A DNA stretch of 64,000 nt from Paramecium tetraurelia (lineage: Eukaryota). The stretch covers positions 434,001-498,000 of the forward strand of contig CT868207.1 in the NCBI GenBank assembly GCA_000165425.1, in the 5' to 3' direction. Both the position numbers and the translations under genes were made by a program. Under the pieces are notes generated by a model, which did no database searches, was not told the DNA's origin, and saw only the letters and a program-made list of their open reading frames with translations. This document shows, in pieces, positions 26,201 through 39,879 of the stretch (positions within the stretch are counted from its first letter, which is position 1; the number at the start of each line of letters is the position of its first letter).

Positions 26201-29200
26201 CTCTGAATATTCATCATCTTCTTAATAATCATCGTCAGACTCATCATCTATTTAGACTTATAGCTACTACTATTAATTTTAAGCCGCTTATTTTACTCTT
26301 TCATTCTCATCCTCAATGATCATCAGTTGATCAATTTCAGGATCAGTCTTTATTTCTTCTCTGTACATCTTCTCTTTTTGTTATCTCAAATCACTTAGAC
26401 TGACAATGTTGATAACCTTATTCACATCAACCTTATTGTCAATCAACATTGTACTGAAATTAGCATGTTTAAAGAAAGAATAGGCTATTGGTGTATTCTT
26501 ATAAATATCAGGAGTATCAACAGCTGCTCCCATCTTTATCATGTATCTACCTGAAATTGCACTTCCTCTTAAGGCTGCATAATGCAATGGAGATCTTTAA
26601 TATCGATCCAATACATTAACATCACATTCTTTGAAGGCTAATAAAGATGAGACTGATTCAAATGGATCTATCTCATTTGTTGAAGTAGGTTCATTAAATT
26701 TAGTGAAGGAATAAAATAATGGAGTTCTACCATAGATATCTTTTATATCACATTTAGCTCCGAATTTGATCAATTATTATTCCATCTAAAAACTTGCATT
26801 TGCATTTGGATTACTGAAATTTATAGCAAAATGTAGTGATGTCCTACCTTTCTGATCTTAATAGTTTGGATCTACTTTGAATTCTGACAAGAAAACCTTT
26901 ACAGTCTGTAAGTCTGTTTTCTCTACAAATTAATTTAGAGGCACTTAATTCTAATTATTAACATCATTTAATTAACCACCTAAACTTATAAGTTTAACTA
27001 AAAGAGCATGCCATGAGTAATTATACTTTAGTGCTATCATCAAGGTTGGAGTGTTTCCATGAGAGTTTCTATCATTAAAATCTAAACCTAACTTTATCAC
27101 ATAATCTAAAAATGAAAATGATGTTTCATCGTTTCTATGTAATATTACTAGATTATGGTTAAAGCATTTAAAGAAATAATGCAAAGGAGTACCAAATTGA
27201 TCTCTTTGAGTAAGCATCTCATTTGGGAATATTTATAACAATTCCTTGACAAAGGAGATACTTGGAAATGACTCGAAAATCAAATGGAATATATTTGTGT
27301 TATTTTAAACTGCAGTTTAGTTGTAACTTCTCTATGTCATTACATTCGAATTTATATTGGCTCCTTTTTAAATGAGATGCTTTAATTGTTTAAACATTTA
27401 ATTTTAGTAGAAATAACCATCCTCAATTCTTTTCATTTCTAATTAATTTTATTTCTTAACTGAAATTCCTACTTAAACTGAAATTACATCATATTAAAAA
27501 TATGATGCATAAAGCTTGCAATCTGCATTTTATAGTCTCTTCTGAATTTCATTCTAAAATTACTGCTAAGGTGTTTAATTGTAGTTTGAGTATCCTTAAT
27601 TGTTATTATAATTGCAGTTCGAAGTTCCAAAATTGTTATTCGAAAATCCGAAATTGCTACTCTAATTTTAAAAAACTGAACTCCCTTAATTAGAAGAAAA
27701 TAAATTATTGCTATTTCCAAAACCAAAAGTAGTTTGAGGTTATGGTTATGCAAATATATTTTATTGTTATTACTATGGTTATGCAAATCTATTTGATTGT
27801 TATTACTATTATCCATATCCAAATGTTGTTTGATTTTAAGGTCGACCAAATAAATTATTTTATTGAACCATAGTATTCATTGGAATGTTTAATCCTTATT
27901 ATTAAACTTATTGAATTTAACCAACTGTTTATTAGTTCTGAAACAAACCTCCTGATACATTGACTTAATTCTTAAATAAATTTTCTATTACTTTCTCTTA
28001 TTTATTAGGCATCATTATAGATTCTTAAGTAATTTATTCAGATAATCTCTCTTCAAATGTTTTCTGTGCTTGCTAACCTTCTTATAATAATTCTTTTTAA
28101 AACTTATATTTATACTCATTTTCAATGTCTTAAAATATTTCATTCTTGGCTTTCACAATATTAGATTAAAACTCTTATTCAATTTTTGATGCAATGGATG
28201 TTACAAAAATCTAAATGACCTTTAAATGAGGTACAAATCCTTGAATATCAGGTTGGTGAAGTAGAGATGGATTTATCTTATCTAAAATTATTTAGAATAG
28301 TTAAATTCCAAGGTCGTCATAAAAGTACTGATTTTCAATCATAATGTGTAATAATGTTTTATCTTCTCTATTTACTATATTTAAATCAATCTAATTCTCT
28401 TAAAGAAGTTCAAGGCAGAGCTTATAATTCTTTTTAGACAACAATAATGAAAATGGGGTTAATCCATTTTCTTTTTCCTATGAGTTAATATTAGCTCCAT
28501 TTGCAATTAATAATTTGATTAATTTATCTTATATTTTTGATTGTTAACCATTAATAGCATGCAACAAGCTAGATCTGCCATCCTTATCTTAACTATTTAT
28601 GTCTGCACCATGGTCTATCAATAATTGAATGAGATCAATTAATAAATCTGAGAAGGTGCATGATAAGGCATGTTACAAACAAGTTTTACCGAATTTATCT
28701 TATATGTTGATATCAGCCTTTTTTTCTGCAATAATATACTTAATGAATTCAAATTACTCAACTGATTAATCAAACTACTTGATTAGCCCAGCGACTAAAG
28801 TTAAGCCATCATCATCAATACAATTTACATCTGTACTTTCTAATTTCAACAATGCTTTAACAATACCTATATGATTTTTTGCTTAAGCTACATTCAAAGG
28901 TTTCAATTTCCAAGAGTTGAATTCATTCTAATCAGCTCCAGCCTCAATCAAAGTTTAAATACAATCTAAAAAGCCATATGCTGCAGCATGATGAATGGCA
29001 TTATTTTTTGAGGAATCACTAATTTTAAAGTCTGCCCCATAATATAGCAATTTAGACAAAATGGCCAAATTTCCATTTCTAGCAGCCATAATTAATGGTG
29101 TTCTTCCAAATTTATCCTTAGCATTGATTCTTGCCCCTTCATCTAACAAATATTCAACCAATTCTAAATGATTATAGGCAGCAGCATAATGCAAAGCTGT

Positions 29201-30953
29201 CATTCTGTTTCTTCCTGCAAAATTAATCAACAATCCGTTTTCAATTAATATTTTTACACATTCAACGTGACCATTTTAACTAGCAAAATGAATTGCAGAA
29301 TTGCCCTCCTTATTTTTTGCTTTCAAATTAGTATTTACTACTAATAATTTAACGTTATGGGAACGACCATATTTAGCTGCTAGCATCAAAGGAGTATCCA
29401 AAAATTTATTACCTTCTCTTGCATCAACACCATTTGCTAGCAAATATTCTAAGCAATTTGAGGTTTAGGAGACAGCAGCATAATGAATTGGCTTACTACC
29501 ATTTTCATCTTAGATATTGTATTCCATTGTCTACTCCATAAAATACTTTAGGAACTGTTCGGATGGATTTATACATGCACAATGAATAGGAGTAATGAGA
29601 AAATCATTCTAGGTTTTCTTAGTAATGGATATCTTTTTTATTTAATCTAATTTATAAGTGCTGAAATTATCATCTAATGCATCATGATGTAAATAATTAA
29701 AGCCATAACCATCGAGGTTGTTTGTTAATGCATATTTGATCAAGAATTTAGCAGACTTTATATTACCACATCTAACTGCAAAAGCAACATTCTCAATTAA
29801 ATAGTGATCATATTTTGATGATTTTAGATAAATGAATAATTATTCATACATTTCACAATTTGTTTCAATCTCTAATAACCTTCTACATACTTAATTGCTA
29901 TCAAAATGATAATTTAGATCATAAACAAATGCATTGTTTCCTTCTCTATTTCCTCTACCAAGAGCAACCTTTCTCAATTTTACCCCATAAGCTTGTTTAT
30001 TATTATAACCTGTGTCTATTTCTTTTAACTGGCAAGGTAAATCTGCATAAAATCTATTTCTTTTCGTTGCATTTTACAGAAAATGAGTCAATAATTGTTT
30101 ATCTTATCTTCTAAATAGGATATCAAATATTGAAATATCATATTCTGGTCCCCATCTATCATAATAATTAGATATTCTTTTGGCTTCAAATAAAATTTAA
30201 TCCATCAGAGCCTTATTCCCTGTATTTGCTGCTCTTATGATTTCTTTGTTATTCATTCTTGTGCTATCGTAATCAATAAAATGATCTTCAGTTCCTTCAA
30301 ATTGAGTACTAAAACTCTTTAGATTTTTAAGATTTTCATTCATTTTTCTTTTCCTCTTTTTTCCCTTTTTCTTGTCTTTTTCTTCGGTTTTTCTAGATTA
30401 TCTTTATTTTTTTGGGACAGGCTCAGCTTCTGCAGATGAACTTTGTTCACTTGATTCTTCTTCATATTGACTAAATTGAGATTCTACTTATGTTTTTTAT
30501 TAGGCTGATTTTCTGGCTTTTTTTTTAATTGGTTTATCATTAGACTCCTCCTCATCATCATCAAATTTTTTCTATGATTATTTGACTTTCTATTTCAAAT
30601 CCTTAATTAAGCTTCTCTGACTTTATTTATATATCTCCATGTCTACTACATAAATAGTTTCATCTGAATGAATGACTGATATTCCTTCGATATCAACCCT
30701 AAAATATATGTACTATTTACCATTTTGTCTGCGAAGGAATTGTTGTGTATCCATTACATTTATATTATTATTTACTTTTCTTTTTCTTTTCAAATGGTAC
30801 CAATTCGGTTACATGAAATTCTTCTTCATTCTCATTCCAATCCTAAAGTAGTTTGTATAAGGTGAATTCTGTTTCAACTTTACACAATATAACTTAGTCT
30901 TTTTTTAAAATCTATTCTTTTTTGGCGCGATTGCTTCTTAAATTTCTATTCAT
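23259..30953 (-). CDS. Giant ankyrin-repeat, WGR, PARP-regulatory, PARP-catalytic protein (~2540 aa; tankyrase/PME-5-like architecture)
   Basis: Many ankyrin repeats (e.g. TALHYAAAYNHLELVEYLL, GRTPLIMAARNGNL). WGR-like FYKMQI...YILFTKWGQIG...FCKIFAAKTG. Catalytic LLWHGS, MFGKGIYFAD, NSEYIVYDE (H-Y-E). Introns of 22 (30699-30720), 25 and 25 nt give a length divisible by 3. Confidence 0.93.
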
Positions 30954-31142
30954 AAAATTTAATTTAAAATTATTTGAGAATATGCATAGTTAAGTTTCTG
31001 ATGATTTTTTATTAATTTCTGAATCGACATTATGATAGATTTATAAGAAGATATTATAAATCTATAATTCACTATTATAAATTAATTGTATTGATCTTAT
31101 TAATAGAAGATTATGTATTTATTAACCCTTACAAAAATTATT

Positions 31143-32969
31143 TCACAAAGCCTGTTGGATGATTTCGTCAATCGTTTTGTCTATTGTTCTAATATGGATT
31201 ATGAAGGATGCTGCCTTTGCTACTATATTTAAGTCTGGATCAAGAGTCTTTGCTAAACCCTCTAATACAATCATGTTTGTCAGCAGAGCTGCAAAATGAC
31301 CTTCAATGGACATTCCGTTTGCTCTCAAGATTTCCAACATAGATCTCAATACCTATCCTATATTCATTTAAGCTAAAGGTACTTTACAAACATTTGTGAA
31401 TAAATCTTACATTTCTTTCATAAATTTATCTTATACTTTTTGTTCGATTTATCTCTAGTTATATTATGCTAATTGCAACATTAGCTTTCCACATTCATAA
31501 GGTTTTCTCAAAGTTACAAACATAACTAATTTAATGAATGATGCGCGATCACTCTTATTTAAAATGGTTATCATCCCAGGGTCTAGAAAGATAATCTAAA
31601 CATCCTTTCTTGTTGAACCTTAACATCTCAAAAAGGTATGAAACAACCTTTCATCAGACTTTTTTTCTTATTTCAATTTTAACATCTATAAATAATATAA
31701 TAATCAATACATTTCCTTGATCCATCGTCTATGATGAAGTCTGATATTCTGCTATCTTTGTTAGCCCCTTCTCTATTAAGTCATCAACAATTTCATAGAC
31801 TGAATCTTGAAGAAACCATAATTGTTATTAAACCTTTTCATTAAAGGTTTTAGGAACAGGAAGGTCTTTAATTCTTATCATGATATTGCCTGCATGACAA
31901 TCTGCGTGAATAAAGTTATCATAGATCAACATTTTATAAAATGCTTTCAAACCTAAATTAGCTAGAGCATAATGCTCTTCTGTTCTTTCCTGCTTCAAGA
32001 ATTAGGTTAAAGGTATAGCATCTTCATAAGTTTCAGTGAGGATGTCTGCTGAAATATATTCTTCAATTGGCCTAGGAAATATGACATGGGGATTATTTTT
32101 AAACTTTTCACAAAAAACCTTAAGGTTTCTACCTTCAAATCTTAAATCGGTTTGATTCACAAGAGTTTTCTAAAATTCTTCAAATGTCACAGGCATCCCC
32201 AATTATTTGATTTTCAAAGTTTAACTAAAAAAATTTGCAATCTTATATAAAATTCTTATATCCATCACTAAATTATCTATGATGTCTGGATGCCTTACTT
32301 TAATAGCAACATATTCTCCATTTAATTTAGCTCTATGAACCTGGGCTATTGAGGCTGAGGCAATCGGTTTTTCCTCAAACTCATCAAAAACATCTTTGAT
32401 TTTCTTTTTAAAAGCTTATTCAAATTATTAGTTAGTCTTCTCCAAAGAATGAGGAGGAGTATCATCTCTCAATGATTCTAAAGCCTTAATTATCTCCTCT
32501 CCGAAAATATCCCCTCTATGACTGGCCCATTGTCCTAATTTTATCCATAAGGGACCTGCTGATTACAGAGTGTAAACCAAGTACTTAAGCCAATATGGAA
32601 ACAAGTAGGCCTTGAATATTAATGAAAATGGCAAAGCAATGGCCAAAGGTAAAAATTTTAATAGCAAATGCATAAATCTGATCTTTCTCCTTAAACTCTA
32701 GATCATTCTCTGAAACAAAGACAGTTGTTTTGAATTCTTCTCTCCAAAGTATTCTTATGTTAAAGCCTTGATTAAAAATGTGAATTTACTTCAGTGTCAG
32801 GAATCTGATTGTACATCGATGAAAAATGCATTTATTGATACCTTTCTCTGCCTTGCCTATATAAGATATATGAGAAACCCGCCCCCAGGCCAAGCCCTAT
32901 TTTGGTTTTGGTAAAAAAGGGCTATGATTTATTCAAATGTGTAAATGGATATTTAAGAATTTTTTACAT
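31143..32969 (-). CDS. ABC1/UbiB-family atypical kinase, ADCK2/Cqd1-like
   Basis: AGPLWIKLGQWASHRGDIF, PIASASIAQVHRA, VAIKVRHP, QTDLRFEG, NFIHADCHAGNI and LEGLAKTLDPDLN; TGA at 31143-31145. Confidence 0.92.
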
Positions 32970-33080
32970 ATAAATTTATTTAACAATCATTTAGTTAATT
33001 CAGAAACTGATTTCATATTAATATATTATTCCAATTTGCCTATTTGATTATCGAGTCTCTAAATATATAGTTACTTATCT

Positions 33081-35874
33081 TCATTCATATAAATGTGGTG
33101 TTCCAAAATAAACCATCCACATTATTATAGAATTTAAGATAAATAGTATTGACCAGCAACCTTGAACTCTTTATTGTACTTTTGCTATTTCTTCTTCTTG
33201 TCTTGCTATCAAAGTATAAAACCATTATTCATACCTTCATCTGTGTTATCACTGGTCTTATCCAATACTCCTCAGTAATATTTAGTAATATACAGTGTTA
33301 TTCGATTGATTCTTCATTATAAAGGTCTATTTTAACAAATTACGGGATGTCATTGGCACCAATTAACGAAAAATTTATTGGAATTTTATAGTTATTTGAA
33401 TCATAAAATATTTTGTTTGTTCCTCCAAAATTCAATTCTCTCAATAGAATGCCATTTGATTTGAACAATTCATCATCATCCTCATCAAATGGCTTTAAAA
33501 ATGTTTATAACGTGAATGATTCTAAGAGTTTCTCATAGAAATAGATTTTATCTTCATTCCTTAGTAAGTTATCGAAACTGATTCCATATCTCTATTTTAG
33601 GAATTCATTTGTAATTTCAAAACATCCATCAGCATTGATTTGTTTATTCTAGGGAGCATGACTTAAATAACAATTTCGTAGTCTCACCATACATTTTCCT
33701 TCTTCTAATAAGACCGCTTAAATCTACGACTTGTTTTCATTAAATTAAATAGAAATCTATTAAATTTAAACAGTTTTGTTAACTTTAATTTATTGAGTCG
33801 AATGTATATTCTATAAATTAAGAAATTATTCAATATATTTGATCTATTGATTGATTAGTTATATTAGTTTTTACTTATCTAAAATTTAAACACTTGGCAA
33901 ATAATAAGTATTATGAATTGAATTCTTAGAGGATTCTAATATTTATATTTATTGTGAATTGATCTTTGATAAATATTATAATATTTCCTCCTTTTCTTAC
34001 ATCTCATATTCATCTAGATTTTCTTATTTAAAATATGATTAAAAAGTAATCTAGTCATATCTTATATCTAATTATATGATAAAATCAGCTTGAGAATAAA
34101 TAGTGACTCTAAACCACATTAATCCTATGTTATGAATCCACCATTAACAATTATCATTAAGAAAAATGATTTATTATTCCAACAATAAACCTTAAGGTTA
34201 TGGCCAAATTGCAATTTTAGTTTCATTTTACTCAGACACAATCTGAACAAATGGTACTATCAAATATTGTATAAATGTCTTAAAATTATTCAAATATTTT
34301 ATTGGATAAGGTAGTGTATGTATATATTAAGTATATTGCAGAAAGTCCTGCAATTAAGAAATTTCAATGAATTCATTCAGTATTTTATCATTTATTTTTG
34401 CTGATAATTTCAACGTTTATTACAACTATTAAACTTCAATTTATATATTTTCTTATTTAAAAATAAAAGAAATATTCTATAATAAGGGAATATAGATCAT
34501 TTATCCAGTGAAATTATCAGTAAAAAAAAAGCATTAATGATCATCTATGCTATTATTATAGGTAGTATAGTTTTTATCTTGATGAAATGTCTTATTCATT
34601 TATAATTTGAGCTATTGGTTTTACTCATTTAAATGTTTAATCTATTCTAAATGTCGAAAATGCTATTCTTTTGCTTCCTTGATATGTACTTATTCATTAT
34701 CAATAATTTTAATTCTTAACTAGTTTATTTCTTCCTACAATAATTTGATCTACTATTTCCATTCGTAACCTTGCTTTTCAAAACCCTATTTTTCTTTTTC
34801 AATTTTATTAATTTCATTTTGCAAATGTAAATATTTCTAATCTAAATCAATTTTACTATTAGACATTTGATCTTCTTATTACTTTTTCTGGAAATGTAAT
34901 TGCACTTGTTATTCAACTTTATTTGTAATAATTTTTTCCAAATTTGAAATAGATGTCATTTTAAATGATTTTCTTTTCTTTTTTGTTTCAATTGTAGTTT
35001 CTTAATCATCCTCTATTTTACTAATTCGTTTAATTCTATAGAACTTTCCTTTGTTTATAGAATCTTCATTTGTAGTTTTCAACCTTGAAAATGCTTTCTA
35101 TGGAGTTTAAGAGTATATTTCTTAGAATTCAACAATTCTTGGTAAATCACTTTTAAGAGAATCCAATAATCTCATAATTCTGATAGTGGTTTATTTTCTA
35201 GAGGCGAACTAATTTTAATTCTATTCGTTCTGAAATATAAAGCTTCTCTATTGCAAAGCTGACTTTTGTGAAGACAGGCCTACAATTTGCTTATAAAAAG
35301 GATGAGTTATTCCAACATATTTTACTAGGAGTTTTTTAGAATTTTCATAGAATATTTAAGTGCTCTTAAATCTAAATTACTATATTTTAATACCCATTTT
35401 AAAGTAGTTTGCTTTTTCTGCGAATTTTAGCCAAATCTTCGAATGTAGCCATTTCGTAGGATTTAGCCAGTGTGATGTAACCATTTATCAACAATACAGC
35501 CTCGGATTAGTTTAGTTAAGAAAAGGCAAACTTCTCATAGAATTATAAAGCCATTTCTGCTTTCAAAAAGGCTTTGCTATGTAATCCCAGTTGGTTGTAA
35601 ATTTTTGCTGAATTTATAAAGATAATAAATTAAAGCGCATTTGGAAGTGTTTTGAGTAATTGCTATTTTACAAATCGTAAAATTGATTTGGATAAAAGCT
35701 CATTTCTAAATAAATGTGTTGATACTTATTTAATAATGCTGCAATATTGTTGAGACAAATTGCGATAACATTTATGGAATCAGGTTAGTTACGATACTCT
35801 TATATCAATATTTCATATTAATTCAACATTTATTCCTTATCAGATAGGTGAGTTATTAGAGATAATCTATTCAT
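33081..35874 (-). CDS. Hypothetical protein: TPR-like N-terminus, coiled coil, C-terminal transmembrane helix
   Basis: IAICLNNIAALL...INSAKIYNQLGLHSKA (TPR-like); frame reads continuously across 34500; C-terminus GCWSILFILNSIIMWMVYFG. Exon boundaries approximate. Confidence 0.6.
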
Positions 35875-35920
35875 AATTTATATTTATAAATAAGTTTTTA
35901 AAGGTATTAAATTAACATCA

Positions 35921-36418
35921 TCAACCACAACCCAAAAATCTAAGAAACCAATTCTTTTATCCTTTGATTTCATCGATATCTTTGGTCTATTCTGGCTTGA
36001 TTGGGCTGTAGTTGTTTGTATAATCATAAGTAGATTTTCTTTTAGGTTTCCTTTCTTGAAATGTCACATGGACAAGAGAGAATACAGAATTTTAAGTCTC
36101 CTCCAATCTGAGGTCAATTTAATATGAAGGGAGATCGGTTTTAGGTCTTCCATTCTTTTTAGCTATATAAGCCTCATAATTTCTAGGATTTTAATCTATT
36201 GGGTAATCCTTGCTGGCTACTTATAAGACACGGCTAATTGCAATTACTAGGTCAGTATGAGATGGTAGATCTATTACTATATCAATGATTTATTCTTCAT
36301 TAGATATGTAGAATCTATATGATTTTGTAAGTTGGTTAAATGCTTCTTTCAAAGGACTGATTAAAGATTTCTTAACTTGTTATTAACCTGATGTTTTTGT
36401 ACTATCAGTGCGAGACAT
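35921..36418 (-). CDS. Small protein (165 aa) with SIN1 CRIM-domain-like motif
   Basis: 498-nt intronless ORF containing IDLPSHTDLVIAISRVL...NPRNYEAYIAKKNGRPKTDLPSY; ends WFLRFLGCG*. Confidence 0.65.
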
Positions 36419-36546
36419 TAACTACTAAATGGAAAAATGTTTTTTATTTATTAGAGTTTTAAACTCAGTTAAGATTTTATTCTAATTTGTTCTAAGTATG
36501 CCATAATAATATGAGAGTATATTAAATAATATCCATTAAAAATTAA

Positions 36547-37707
36547 TCACATTACACTTATTTTATCACTTAAATATTCTGAACCTTTTCCTTATGCTCT
36601 TTTGTTCTCCAAGATATAAATTCTATCTTATAACATTTTATTCTTCTTTTCCAATTGCTCCATATTCTTCCCCATTTTTATTATACGATCCTTTGCTTTT
36701 TAAAATACCTGATAGCCATCTTTTTAAACTAACAGTTCCTTCTAGAGTTCCTATTCCTGTTTTATTTAATTAACTATACATATTATGCAGTAAATTACTT
36801 TTTTAATCGCGTTGTTTATCGACTCCAAAAGTCTTATCTACAAATTGTTTGAGTCCCAAAACTATTTGTGAATTCTGAGACTCATTTTCTAATTACGGGA
36901 TGATGTTGAATAGATTCTCTTTAATGGATGCCAAGGTAACTTTTAATTAATCTGTTTCTTAATAATTTTTTTTTAATTCTTCTTTTTTGTGAATTAACGT
37001 AATTTATAATTCGTTATAAAGTTACTATTGTTATTATATTTATTCTTTAAGTTATCTAATCTCATCATCTTATTCGTTCAATTATTATTTACACTCTTTT
37101 AGCTCTGACTCTTTGTTTATTATATTCTAATTTTGTTGCTAAACTTATTTTTCTAATTCTAGTTTAACTTTCTTCTCCTCTTCTATTTTTTCATTCTACA
37201 TTTTTATTTTGCATTCTAAATTCCCAATCTATTCTTAATAATTCTTTTCAATATTCTTAGTATTTTCTCTTGTCTCAAATAAGAGTTCATGAAGTCTTTA
37301 TAATTCATTCGACTTAATTTCTACTTCTTGTTAAAAAGCAAATAGCTTTTTTCTATACTCTTTAACTTCATCACTTCCAAAATTAAAAAATCCTTTTTTT
37401 GGTTCATTCATCTAAAGGGTTTTTACTATAGATTTACATTAAAAAAGTCTAACTTTTTCTGTAATTCATTGTATTTTTCTTCTTTTTCAAGTAATTCTTC
37501 GCATTTCCTTTTAAAAGCCTATTCGGTTTTAGCTAATTTCTGATCAAGTAATGTTTTTTAGTTATTTAATGTATGACATTTCTCTTCAAATTCAATTCGC
37601 TTCTATTCCTCTTCTGAAGCCCTTCTTTCCTCTATTTAAATTTTAGTTTTCATCTACTGGAAAGCCGTGTTAAGCTTTTTCTTGTTTTCCTCTGAATTTA
37701 AATCCAT
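36547..37707 (-). CDS. Coiled-coil protein
   Basis: MDLNSEENKKKLNTAF...; E/K-rich heptads; ends SDKISVM* with TGA at 36547-36549. Confidence 0.72.
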
Positions 37708-37735
37708 TTCATATATATTCATTGTATAATTATAA

Positions 37736-39807
37736 TCATTTCTTAGATTTCTTTTTCTTGCCTCTTATTTTCTTCCCTGTGTCAGGTATATTGGCTAACA
37801 AAACCCCAGGCTTAGGAAGTGGTACTTTTTGAGGATTCAAGTGTCCTTGAGGTATGACAATTGATTTTTGTAGGATAGTGATAGGCACGAACCTTTTTTC
37901 TGAAGCCAATCTATTTTTCAATACATTAATTTCACTAATCTAAGTTTATTTTACTTTTCAATACTTATTTATCAATATCTGATTTGATACTATTACTTTT
38001 GAATACAGTACTAAATTATTTCGAAGGTCTAGCACTTCTGAAACAGCTGGAAGACAAAGAACGATTGTTTTATATGTTATCAGCCTTAGGGTGATTAGAT
38101 ACACCTCCAGGCAACCAGCTCCCTCTCGCTTTTTTCAAGAAATCAAGTCTTTACGAATATATTCTTTGTTCCAAGTAAGCATTTTTAGATTAGAAATCCT
38201 CAGCCTCATCATCCACCTAAGTAGGTAAAACAGTATTTTCAATAATTTTAGTAACTGGAATGGCACTTTACACCATTCTGCCTTTAGGATAAGAGGTTTT
38301 ATTAAGATAATTTGCATAAGCTTTCTCTTCAGCAAGATCCATCTTTTTAGATTCATAGATATCCGAAACCTTGATACCCACATTCGAGAATTGAGATCCC
38401 ATAGATTATAGCTATGATTATCACACATTCTTATACATATTCAGATTAAAGTATTATCTCATCAATTCTACTTTTGTTCACTGCCCAGTCTTTCATAGAT
38501 TAAACCATTTCAATATCCTCCCTTTGCTCTTTTATTTCTTTGATTCTTTATTCCTAATAATATTGATTGAGCCGTGCTGCAGCCATTTTATCTTCTAAAT
38601 TAGTTGGATCATAATTGTGAAATGTTCCTTATAGCTCTCCAAGCCTTGAAGATTATCCAATCTAATAAGCTAGTTCAGTGTCTTTGTCAGCCTTAAAAGT
38701 CTTATTTTCAGGTGCGATACTAATATACTTATCTCCTCTTTCCTTCTTCTTCTTTTTTTTAGTTGGAGAAATATCCTTTTACGACTAGATTTCTTTTTAT
38801 GAACCGTAGACTTTATCAGGAGATTGCTCTTCATCTTCTTCCAATTCTTATTCAATGCCTTCTATTTTGTCTCTATCAGTAGGTTTATCCGCTTTGAGAG
38901 GAGACTCCTCCATTTGGAATTATCGTTTAGTACTTTTTTACTATTCTTCAAAAGTTTCGAAAACTGGTAAATTTGCATCGTACATCCAAGAAGACTATTG
39001 CTTAATAACAGAATATTATTAATTTGTCCTTGGTCTTGATAATTTATCAACTTAATCTACCATTTTATAAGTGGATTATGAAGTATAAGGTCTTGAATGC
39101 TGTGAAAAGCCCATTATTCCTGGAGTAGTGCCAGGTCTTGTACTTGTGTCAGACAAGAGATTTTTCCTGTGATAGCTTTTCACTCTGTCTTCAGGTGGAT
39201 CTATATCTGGATGCATCGATCTATATTTCGATTTGTAATCATCAATTCCAGATGCATACATGCTTTCATTATAAGAGATGGGTATATCTTAAAAAGTCTA
39301 TAGGATTAGAAATTATAGGTTACATAGTCTTTCTTTTCAATTAAAGATTATGTTAATTATTATTTTTATGATTTTGGTAATTAACGAAAGAACCAATTGG
39401 AGACTTTATTTAAAAATTCTAGTTACTACTACTTATTTCTAGTGCTAACAACTTCAAGTAAGGAATTCTTTAATTGTCTATAAAGGTTATCATACACAAA
39501 AGGATCTTTTAATTCTATTTATTATGATCGATGAAGTGTGACTCTTTCATTCCAAGTCATTATTTACTATTTCAGCATCTAAAATATTTGATTATTATTC
39601 AAGTATCCAGATGTTAGTCCATCTAACTCAATCTTGAAGAATTAGTTATATAACTACAATTTATAATGTAGGACGTTCGTTGAGTCTGTTAATATCTTCG
39701 ATCTTATATCCTGTTCTTGAGAGACGTTCGTTTAATTGTTGATCAATGGTTAATGGAGGCTAGACAAGAGGTTTACCATTTAGATAAAAAGAACTCTCCA
39801 TTTTCAT
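37736..39807 (-). CDS. Hypothetical protein with basic C-terminus (KKIRGKKKKSKK)
   Basis: ATG 39807; 25- and 26-nt introns join the upstream frame to track ORF 39076-39261 and on to ORF 37736-37921; TGA at 37736-37738. Confidence 0.75.
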
Positions 39808-39879
39808 TTTAATTTATTAATTAATATTTCTTATTGTATTTTTATCTGATGGAAACCCTACAATACATGATATATAAAA

